A stretch of 63,457 nucleotides of DNA, filler included, from Actinomycetota bacterium (GTDB lineage: Bacteria; Actinomycetota; Acidimicrobiia; Spongiisociales; UBA4744): the NCBI GenBank assembly GCA_013152275.1. It is 5 parts of 5 records of this genome, joined end to end, with 100 filler letters (N's around TTAATTAATTAA, not from the genome) between each part and the next. Parts side by side here need not be neighbours in the genome. Positions count along the whole stretch, not along the records: positions 27,617 to 50,081 come from JAADGS010000033.1; positions 50,182 to 57,528 come from JAADGS010000076.1; 3 more parts are not named here. One strand, 5' to 3'. Made by a program: the position numbers and the translations under genes. Below the pieces are notes generated by a model, which saw only the letters and a list, made by a program, of their open reading frames with translations, did no database searches and had not been told where the DNA came from. This document shows, one piece after another, positions 39,935 through 50,653 of this stretch (the first letter of the stretch is position 1; each line of letters starts with the position of its first letter).

Positions 39935-40630
39935 GTGGATATCCGAGACTTGGAGCAGACGCTCAACCAACTCACGGCGACGCTGGGCGATCCCACCCGA
40001 CGATCCATCTACCTGCGGGTCCGATCTTCACCGGAGCCGCTCACCGCGACGCTCGTCGCGAACGAATTCTGTATCCACCCCAACGTGGCTCGCCACCATC
40101 TCGATCGGCTCACGGAAGAGGGTTATCTGGAGGTCACGAGACGCCGCACCACAGGTAAGACGGGACCCGGGGCCGGGAGACCGGCGAAGTGTTACGCACC
40201 CACCGGTAAAGAGATCGATCTGCAGTTCCCGACCCGCCGCCACGACCTTCTGATCGACCTCCTCGTGCGCATCGTCCTCCACCTCGCCCCTGAGGACGGA
40301 CTTCGGGTCGCCCTCGAAATCGGCCGTGACTTCGGTCGTGAGCTCGCCTCGGGCATTGCCACCACAGGCGACAACGACTTGACCGCGTCACTCGAGACCG
40401 TTGCGGCGTTGATGCAGAGAGAGGGCTTCGAGGTCATCGCCGACTCTGCAGGAGAGAAACTGCTGACCGAGCACTGCCCGTTCAGCGCGAGCAAGTTCGA
40501 ACATCCCGAAGTACTGTGCTCGCTCGATCGGGGCATCATGACGGGGATCTTCGAGATCGTCGACCCGCAGAGAGCAGCAGCGCTCGAAGTCAACCTGGAG
40601 ATGGACCACGCCTGCATAACCACCGTCTGA
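39935..40630 (+). CDS. HTH regulator, SufR-like (C-terminal Cys ligands)
   Basis: HPNVARHHLDRL, GAGRPAK.Y, HCPF, HPEVLC.LD, terminal HAC. Confidence 0.8.
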   Translation: MDIRDLEQTLNQLTATLGDPTRRSIYLRVRSSPEPLTATLVANEFCIHPNVARHHLDRLTEEGYLEVTRRRTTGKTGPGAGRPAKCYAPTGKEIDLQFPTRRHDLLIDLLVRIVLHLAPEDGLRVALEIGRDFGRELASGIATTGDNDLTASLETVAALMQREGFEVIADSAGEKLLTEHCPFSASKFEHPEVLCSLDRGIMTGIFEIVDPQRAAALEVNLEMDHACITTV

Positions 40631-40731
40631 CCACTCGGCGTGGCCTGACCGGGCTCATGACCGAGATCGGCCCGGGCAGGCGCCACGGTGGGGGTCGGTA
40701 CACTTACGTCATTCTCCCTGTGAGGTGACGC

Positions 40732-43395
<2,664 letters not shown>

Positions 43396-43413
43396 CCCTC
43401 CCGTCCTCCATCC

Positions 43414-43464
43414 TGTTCTCGTGACGGTTCACGGGAATAATCCTGTCGAGCCGTCACGAGAACG
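43414..43464. repeat. 51-bp palindromic REP-like element, copy C (3' flank of the DUF559 gene; supplies its stop codon)
   Basis: TGTTCTCGTGACG-gttcacgggaataatcctgtcgagc-CGTCACGAGAACG. Confidence 0.9.
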
Positions 43465-44364
43465 GGATCTGAGCGCCGCCAACACCGTTTGGGACACGAG
43501 AACAGGTTCGGTGTGCACCTGATCCGTCGTGAACCGAAGGACCTTCCATCCCAGCAGCTCGAGCTCGTTCTGGCGTCGTGCGTCGGAGGCGCGCTGGGAA
43601 CGGGTGGCATGGAATCGATGCCCGTCGATTTCGACGGCGACACGTGCGTCGGGCCACGCGGCGTCGACGCGGGCCACGAATCGATCTCCCGCTCTAATCT
43701 CGTGTTGCGCCTGCGGTGGGAGCACGGCGAGTGGCTCGACGAGACGAAGGAATTCGCGCTCGTAGGTGCTCTCCGCCACCGGACCGCTCACACGTTCCGT
43801 GAGAATGTTCGCCAGCACGCCGACACCGCTCCGGCCTCTCCCCCTGCGAACCGAAAGCCGCCGATCGATAGCAGACAGCGTCGTCAGCTTGTCCCTCAAC
43901 GCCGCCTCGAGCGCGTGCTCCACCTGCCTCCAGTGCACGACTGCACCCAGGTCCATCAAAGTCCTCTCCACCGTTGTGACCGGAAGTCCATCCATCTCGG
44001 CAATATCGCTGCCGTCGAACTTCGCCGAAGTGTGCACGACAACATCCGATGTCCTGAGACGCCTGGGTCGGGGTGTGAGAATCTCAACGGGATCTCCGTA
44101 TCGCCGAATCCCCCAGAGCTGGGCCGCAGCCCTGTGTGACACGGCGGATCCGTCTCCTCCTTCGAGAACGGCAGTCCAGAGGCGGAGAAGCCAGCTCGTC
44201 GGCGATCCGGCGACGCGATACACGCCGTCTCCAACCGAAAGCCAACGACCCACAGCGACGCGATGGGCGATCTCATTCGTGGAACATCCCAGCTTCATGG
44301 CCTGGGCGCGGCTCACGACCCCTTGCTGTGCCGAGGCGAGTTCACCGAAGGCTCGTTCGTCCAT
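43429..44364 (-). CDS. AbiEi-like wHTH plus DUF559/Vsr-like PD-(D/E)XK nuclease protein
   Basis: Q.GVVSRAQ, GVYR, SHRAAA.LWG, PVTTVERT..DL, ES.YE, RVD.AWP...VAVEIDG..FH, D..RQN.L...GW.VLRFT. Confidence 0.9.
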   Translation of the reverse strand: MDERAFGELASAQQGVVSRAQAMKLGCSTNEIAHRVAVGRWLSVGDGVYRVAGSPTSWLLRLWTAVLEGGDGSAVSHRAAAQLWGIRRYGDPVEILTPRPRRLRTSDVVVHTSAKFDGSDIAEMDGLPVTTVERTLMDLGAVVHWRQVEHALEAALRDKLTTLSAIDRRLSVRRGRGRSGVGVLANILTERVSGPVAESTYEREFLRLVEPLAVLPPQAQHEIRAGDRFVARVDAAWPDARVAVEIDGHRFHATRSQRASDARRQNELELLGWKVLRFTTDQVHTEPVLVSQTVLAALRSRSRDGSTGLFP

Positions 44365-44407
44365 GGCGCCATCCTGCGCCATTTGACGGATCGAGTGAAG
44401 CCCCTTC

Positions 44408-44458
44408 CGTTCTCGTGACGCTTCATAGGAATAAACCAGGCCAAACGTCACGAGAACG
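44408..44458. repeat. 51-bp palindromic REP-like element, copy D (5' flank of the DUF559 gene; supplies the FkbM stop)
   Basis: CGTTCTCGTGACG-cttcataggaataaaccaggccaaa-CGTCACGAGAACG; same orientation as C. Confidence 0.9.
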
Positions 44459-45191
44459 GGAGGAACAGGTAGTTGTTCTCGCCCGGTGTCACTTCGCCAA
44501 CCGGAGACAGCTCCCCGTCGGCGAACGCGTGCATCCGGTACCCGTGCCGGGCAAGGAACTCCACCACCTCCACGGGATGCCTGCCATATCTGGCGAGGTG
44601 GCGCTCTTCGATCTCGATCAAGATCGTTGGACGCCAGCGCTCGATGGACGTGCGGGCCCCTTCGAGAAGGGCGAGTTCCGCTCCTTCGATATCGGCTTTG
44701 ATGAAATCGATCCGGTGAAGCGCCTTGTCGACCACGAAGCGATCGATGGTCGTCATCGGAATCGTCAGGGAGTGCAGGTCCGTGAACCCGTCCGGAACCT
44801 CTTCTGCGTCCTTGCCGTAGGCCGAGGCGAGGAACGCCCGTGTAGTGAACGGTACACCGTGCCAGGAGGGAATCAGGATCTCCATGGACCCTTCCTCATC
44901 GGCGAGGCCGACACGATGGACACTGACGGTGTGCATCCCCAGGAGCCGCCTCGCGCGCTCTATCGCGCGATGGGATCGCGACCTCGGCTCGAACGCATGG
45001 ACCTGCCCGCTCGGCCCAGCCCTGCGGGCAAGCAGGTACATATACGTTCCCCCTGCCGCGCCAACGTCGAAGCAGACGTCACCCGGTGCCACGACCGTCT
45101 CCAGCACCAGCATCTCTTTCTCGAGATACGGGATCTGTTCCAGCAAAGCTTCGAAGGCTCGCTGCGCCCACCTCGATCTCAGCGGCCGCAC
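44448..45191 (-). CDS. FkbM-family methyltransferase
   Basis: FDVGAAGG, VHAFEP, IDFIKADIEGAE. Confidence 0.88.
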   Translation of the reverse strand: MRPLRSRWAQRAFEALLEQIPYLEKEMLVLETVVAPGDVCFDVGAAGGTYMYLLARRAGPSGQVHAFEPRSRSHRAIERARRLLGMHTVSVHRVGLADEEGSMEILIPSWHGVPFTTRAFLASAYGKDAEEVPDGFTDLHSLTIPMTTIDRFVVDKALHRIDFIKADIEGAELALLEGARTSIERWRPTILIEIEERHLARYGRHPVEVVEFLARHGYRMHAFADGELSPVGEVTPGENNYLFLPFS

Positions 45192-45365
45192 GGCAACCGT
45201 TTCCCGGACACCCGTCGCACGACCGTACTCCTCTCTTCTCCGAATACTTGTGAACGGACCATGCCCTCCAGGCTACCGAGCCGAGTCCGACCGCTCGGAG
45301 GACGGCACCGATTCGCCGCACATCTGGACTCTGCGCCGTGCAGCAGAAGCTACCCTGTGACGTTC

Positions 45366-45896
45366 ATGAAGCGCTACAGGATGTTGATTGTGGCGACGGC
45401 GATCGCTCTGGCACTGGCCGGCTGCTTGTCGGTCGGCGCAAAGAAGCAGACCGTCGGCTCCTCGAATCCCGATGCGCGAGTGGCAGCCGATTTCAAGGTA
45501 GACCTCATCGACGGCGGCTCATTCACCTTGTCGGCCGCCCTCGCAGACCGTCCTGTGGTCATCAACTTCTGGGCATCGTGGTGTCCGCCATGTCGCCAGG
45601 AAATGCCCGATCTGGAACAGGTCTCCCGCGACATTCCCGGAGTGAGGTTCATCGGCATAGCAATCGACGATACAGAGACCAACGCCGTGAAGTACGTCCG
45701 CCAGGTCGGCGTGACGTATCCCATTGCCGTTGACAAGAACTACGCGATCTCCGACGCCTACGGCATCAACGTTCTCCCGCAGACCTGGCTCGTCACCCAG
45801 AACGGCACGATCGTTCGTACGATCCAAGGTGGTGTCACCAGAGCGTCCCTCACCGGCTACATCGAGCAGTACCTCGGCGTCAGTGCGGAAGGCTGA
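45366..45896 (+). CDS. TlpA/ResA-like thiol-disulfide oxidoreductase lipoprotein
   Basis: Lipobox LAGC; NFWASWCPPCRQEMP. Confidence 0.93.
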   Translation: MKRYRMLIVATAIALALAGCLSVGAKKQTVGSSNPDARVAADFKVDLIDGGSFTLSAALADRPVVINFWASWCPPCRQEMPDLEQVSRDIPGVRFIGIAIDDTETNAVKYVRQVGVTYPIAVDKNYAISDAYGINVLPQTWLVTQNGTIVRTIQGGVTRASLTGYIEQYLGVSAEG

Positions 45897-46044
45897 CGAC
45901 CCCCATCGTTCCTCCACTGTCGAGAAAGCTTCCTCCCCATTCGAACAGAATCCCCAGCAGTACCAGCGTGATGAGCACCCCGACCACGATCAGCAGTATC
46001 CGCAGCACAGGCGGCCCCGGCAAGACATCGTAGAGGCGCCCCAT
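45880..46044 (-). CDS. Small single-TM protein downstream of sortase
   Basis: TGATG coupling to the sortase stop; LPGP followed by a hydrophobic helix. Confidence 0.6.
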   Translation of the reverse strand: MGRLYDVLPGPPVLRILLIVVGVLITLVLLGILFEWGGSFLDSGGTMGVVSLPH

Positions 46045-46802
46045 CAGGAGACACCCGCGGTGCCGAGATCCTTCGAGGCTTCGGCATACGGCAGATTCGG
46101 ACCTTCGATGAGCTCGGCCTGGACGATCAGGCGTTCCTTTGCAGAGTACCTCGGGGTGCAGGTCGTCAAGGTCAGCCATGCGCCTCGCTTGGGATCGGTG
46201 ACCCAGACGTCGGTCGGCTTGACGATGAGAATCTCTCGCACCTCGTACACATGTCGACCGAGTGTGGTCTCAACGATGATCTCGTCACCAATCGACACCT
46301 CGTCGAGGTTGAAGAATGGCGCGCCATAGGTCGTGCGATGTCCGCTGATCACCGCGTTGCCGGGTTGCCCCGGGAGTGGAGTCCACGGCATGTGACCAGG
46401 TCCTTTCTTGAGGGTGGCCCGATCCACCCCTTCGAAGATCACCTTGTCGAGATCGATCACCGGAATCTCGATTCTGCCGAACGCAGCGCCTTCTTCAGGC
46501 GTCGGTTCCACGTAGCGAACGACCGAGACCGGCTTCGGCTGCGCCGCCGGAGTCGATGCAGGGTTCTGCGGCAGTGTCGGGTCGTCTTCGACCGGTTGCT
46601 GCGGTAGAAGCGGAATCGTCTCGACGACCTCCCCTTGAGCGGCGGCCTGAAAGCGTTCCGCGAGTTCGGTCTCTGCCGCCTGCTGGGAACGTGCCGTCCA
46701 AACGTTCGTCACGACGAGTTGGTAGGCGAGGAAGGCAAGCAGCAGCCCGCCGAGCGACATCATCGCCCAACCCACCACTCTCAGTGTTCTACGAACCTTC
46801 AT
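46044..46802 (-). CDS. Class E sortase
   Basis: PGQPGNAVISGHRTTYGAPF, LTLTTCTP, RL. Confidence 0.92.
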   Translation of the reverse strand: MKVRRTLRVVGWAMMSLGGLLLAFLAYQLVVTNVWTARSQQAAETELAERFQAAAQGEVVETIPLLPQQPVEDDPTLPQNPASTPAAQPKPVSVVRYVEPTPEEGAAFGRIEIPVIDLDKVIFEGVDRATLKKGPGHMPWTPLPGQPGNAVISGHRTTYGAPFFNLDEVSIGDEIIVETTLGRHVYEVREILIVKPTDVWVTDPKRGAWLTLTTCTPRYSAKERLIVQAELIEGPNLPYAEASKDLGTAGVS

Positions 46803-46901
46803 CAGTGGCTACAGCGTATCAAAGGACGTCGAGTACCGGAGGAACTATCTCGCCGGTCACGCATACCGGCAAGCGGGCGTGTCCTGGTACGGTTCGCAGT
46901 G

Positions 46902-47489
46902 ATGTTGTGGCTTGCGCTCGTCCTGTTCATCGCGATGACCGTCGCGCTGCTTCGCGGAGGTCGCCTGATCAACCTTGCAGACATCCGTCTGCGCTTCTGG
47001 TGGCTCCTCCTGCTCGGCTTCGGCATCCAGGCGGCAACCGCGTTCCTCCGCCCGGAAGAAGCATGGGCCCGGCCGACTGCCACCACGATGATTCTGATCT
47101 CGTACCTCCCACTGCTGATCCTGGTGCTGATCAACCGCCAGCGAGAAGGAATGTGGCTCGCCGGCCTCGGCATCCTGATGAACTTCTCGGTGATCGCGCT
47201 CAACGGAGGGATGCCTGTCCTCGAAGGTGCCGCGGCGGTCGCTGGCGGAGGCGGAACGGCGGCTCTGGTCCTGGATTTCAAGCACGTTGTTCTCGACGCT
47301 TCGACACGACTCCCCTTCCTGGCCGACGTGATGCCGGTACGGCTGTTCGGCACCGGCCAGGTGATCTCACTCGGCGATGTTCTCCTCGCCGTCGGATTGG
47401 GCAGATTCCTCGAAGACGAACTCCGCAAACCCATCCGTTGGTTCAAGAGGGGCATTCCCAGCGAAGGCGGATCGGCCTCACGCCGCTGA
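46902..47489 (+). CDS. DUF5317-family membrane protein
   Basis: GG.L.NL, N..VI.LNGGMPV, TRLPFLAD, SLGDV. Confidence 0.82.
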   Translation: MLWLALVLFIAMTVALLRGGRLINLADIRLRFWWLLLLGFGIQAATAFLRPEEAWARPTATTMILISYLPLLILVLINRQREGMWLAGLGILMNFSVIALNGGMPVLEGAAAVAGGGGTAALVLDFKHVVLDASTRLPFLADVMPVRLFGTGQVISLGDVLLAVGLGRFLEDELRKPIRWFKRGIPSEGGSASRR

Positions 47490-47528
47490 TCGCTCCCCCC
47501 GGCCGACGACTGCTACCGGAGCGACGGA

Positions 47529-48779
47529 TCAGACAGTTCCGCGCCGTTCGAGTACTCGTCGCACCGTATTGACCACATCCGGGTCGTAGTCATAGGCGGC
47601 CCCTCGATGCAGCACTTCGAGACCTTCGAGCGGTGAGAATCCCAACTCCATCGTGGCATGGTCATACGCACTCGCCGCCTTGATGATCTTCGAGGCGATG
47701 GGAAGACTTGGGTCCCGCTGCTCTCCGGGACGTCGATACGGCTCGTGCTGGCGAGCGACGAGACCGGCGACTTTTGCAAGATACGGAGACTCGGCAACGA
47801 TCTCCGCTCCCCAGCGGGCGATATCCTCGTCGGTGAACCCACGCCGCAGGATGCTCGGCTCGTTCAGCGTGATCCGCCCGATGTCATGCATGAGTGCCGC
47901 GTACCGTACGTCGATCACCTCGGCCGGAGTCAGCCCGAGGTCCTGGGCCGTCTCGACCGCGAGAGCGCTGGTGCGGTCCGAGTGGCCGTCGAGCGCAAGT
48001 CCCGCCACCTCGGGAATCCGCGAGAGCGCGCGGATCGTCTGGCCGTATGTCGTCCGGGCCTCGAGATATCGGAAGAAGGCCACGTGGGCGAACGCATACG
48101 GCAGTGCCGCGATGAGCACGGCCCAGATCTGCATCTGCTCCCACGAGAAGCCGAACAGCGCCCCCGTGGCCATCATGCTCATCACCACCATCCAGTCACC
48201 CAGCCCGAGCAGCCACAGGTACCGTCTGCTCAGACCGCGCTCTGCGGTGGTCATGAACGCCCAGAGACCCGCCTCGACGACAAACCAGACGGCTCCCGCG
48301 GCAGCAAACCCCACGAGGCGATTCCACGGGTCCTTGGCCCACAGGATGCCGACGTCGGGAACCAGTACCGCAACCACGAGGGAGTACACCAGCGCATACA
48401 CGCCGAGACCGACTCCGAGCCGCAGCATGTCTGCGGTCACATGTTCGAGTCCGTCGCCGCGCACGAGTCGGGCCACCGCCATCAGGAGGATGCCGACCGC
48501 GTAGACGAATCCGACGGACGCGAGGTCGGGCTGCGCCTGACCGGGCTCATGCAAGAGGATCGGTACCGCCGCCGCGACGATGACCGCCAGAGAGAGCCGG
48601 TTGCCGCTCGCTGCGGGAACCCGCACGAGGCCTGCCACGGCCAGAAGGACCGCTCCCACGGCCAGCACCAGCGGACTGGAGCGCGCATGGGGAAACAGCA
48701 GAATTCCGACGGCCACGACGCCGATTGCCCCGGCCAGTGGGAGCAGCGGCGTGCGGATCCTCAGCTTCGCCTCACCCAT
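47529..48779 (-). CDS. Membrane HD-GYP-domain protein (degenerate GYP)
   Basis: Multiple TMs; GHSDR, ALMHDIG; HEPYRRPG in place of the GYP loop. Confidence 0.85.
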   Translation of the reverse strand: MGEAKLRIRTPLLPLAGAIGVVAVGILLFPHARSSPLVLAVGAVLLAVAGLVRVPAASGNRLSLAVIVAAAVPILLHEPGQAQPDLASVGFVYAVGILLMAVARLVRGDGLEHVTADMLRLGVGLGVYALVYSLVVAVLVPDVGILWAKDPWNRLVGFAAAGAVWFVVEAGLWAFMTTAERGLSRRYLWLLGLGDWMVVMSMMATGALFGFSWEQMQIWAVLIAALPYAFAHVAFFRYLEARTTYGQTIRALSRIPEVAGLALDGHSDRTSALAVETAQDLGLTPAEVIDVRYAALMHDIGRITLNEPSILRRGFTDEDIARWGAEIVAESPYLAKVAGLVARQHEPYRRPGEQRDPSLPIASKIIKAASAYDHATMELGFSPLEGLEVLHRGAAYDYDPDVVNTVRRVLERRGTV

Positions 48780-50081
48780 GGGTCTCGACCCTCCCTTCGG
48801 CAAGACGGCGCGCTTCGACCGGATCGTGCAGGAACGGCGATCCGTACCGCCGGTTGGTCCCCTCCATGGCCGCGATGAAACTCTCCACGACTTCCGGATT
48901 GAACTGCTTGCCGGCGTTTCGCCGCAGCTCGGAGAACGCATAACTCTGGCTGAGGGCCATTCGATACGAGCGCGTGCTCGTCATCGCATCGAACGCATCC
49001 GCCACGGCGAGGATGGACGCCTCCAGGGACGGCTCCTCCCCGTCGGCGTGACCGACGCCGCCGTAGCCGGTGCCGTCGTAGTTCGAGTGGTGGGCGGTTG
49101 CGATCTCGACCATCGGCTTGAGGAACTCGACCTCGGCGAGGATCTCCTCGACCATGTGCGCATGCCGCTGCAGCTCGCCGTACTCGTCCGCGGTGAGCCG
49201 GCCCCGCTTGCGAATCAGGTCCCGTGGCACAGCGAGCTTGCCCACGTCGTGGATGAGCGCGGCCCACTCGAGTCGCTCCAGCCTCGTCCCCCGGAACCCC
49301 ATCTGCTTCCCACACAGCACGGAGAACTCGGCGACCCGTTCGGTGTGACCCCTCGTGTAGAGGTCCTTCGCCTCGAGCGCCTTGACAAAGCCGCGCAGCG
49401 TGGCGGCGTGCGCCTCACGGAGCTGGCCGAACGACGCAAACGCGTGATAGCCGATGATGAACACGACGAACACGAGTGGGAGCACGACCTCGGTGCGCGT
49501 GATCGTGGCGCCGAGCAGGCCCCCGACGAAGCCCATCGACATACGAAGGCAGGAGTTCACCAAGGTGAGACCACGCCTTGATGTTCCGCCCGTAAACACT
49601 CCTCACTGCCAGGACCACCATCCCAAGATTGACCGAACCGTGTAGACCAGCAGCAATCGCGCTGCCCAGCGCAATCCATCCCCAAAACGCGCCGTTGCCG
49701 CTCGCCTGCGCGATCCGCAAGAAGAACTCGACCGTCAATGATGCGATGGCGGCTGTTACCGCGAGTTGACCGAAGTTGGCGACCGGCTGGAAGATCCGCC
49801 GCTCCCGCACATCCCGTGCGCTGACCGCGCCGAGTGCGGCCATGGTCGCCACCCCGAGCGCCGCCCTGCCCGGCCCGAAGGCCACCGCAGCCGTCAGCCC
49901 CACCATGATCGTGGGACTCATCAGCATGCGGTCGTTGACCTCGACCGAGCGCCAGTCGAGGAACGCGAAGGCGGCGGCGAACGCCAGCCAGAGCCCGATC
50001 GGGGGAAACGATTCACGAACTGCAAGCACAGCGAGTACGGCCAGACCGCTCACCGCATAGAACGTCGCTATGACGATCTTC
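48772..50081 (-). CDS. Membrane HD-GYP phosphodiesterase, frameshifted near 49537, 5' partial
   Basis: EAKDLYTRGHTERV, HDVGK, HH..YDGTGYG, ADAFDAMTS.RSY; TM N-terminus in frame 49415..50053. Confidence 0.85.
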
Positions 50082-50181
50082 NNNNNNNNNNNNNNNNNNN
50101 NNNNNNNNNNNNNNNNNNNNNNNNNTTAATTAATTAANNNNNNNNNNNNNNNNNNNNNNNNNNNNNNNNNNNNNNNNNNNN
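50082..50181. other. Artificial contig linker
   Basis: N44-TTAATTAATTAA-N44. Confidence 0.98.
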
Positions 50182-50653
50182 CCCGACCCAGAACTGGCCA
50201 ACGGCCTCCACACAATCCGGTGCGACATCGCCGGCGAACACCTCTGCCCAGGTCCACTCTTCCCAAGCCACAATGCCCGGCTCTCACAACGGCACACGAC
50301 AAGGGAATGTCGGTCTTCCGCATGACCACCAATGGCTTCCCCATCGCGACACCCACAAGAGCGCACCTTGCCGCGAGTGCCACCTTTGACGCTTCGCACC
50401 ACTCCGATTCCCATGTCGGCCACCCGGCCCCCGCCCGATGACCTGCCGCCTGCCAGACCTCGAACCGGAAACGCCGCGTCCCGGTCGAGAACGTCGTGAT
50501 CGCCCCTCTGCACGGCTTCCACCGGGCGTGGTCTCGGACGAGGACACCGACCGCGGGGCTCGTGGGATCCATGAACAAAAGTGAGCATTCTCCCGGCTCG
50601 GCCATCACAACGATGTCTAGGCTGCAAAGGCGAGCTACCTGGGAGGGGCAATC

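Noticed and set aside
50182..50560. C/A-skewed contig start, possibly a mobile-element end or intron
   Set aside because: No identifiable terminal repeat, domain V or protein motif.
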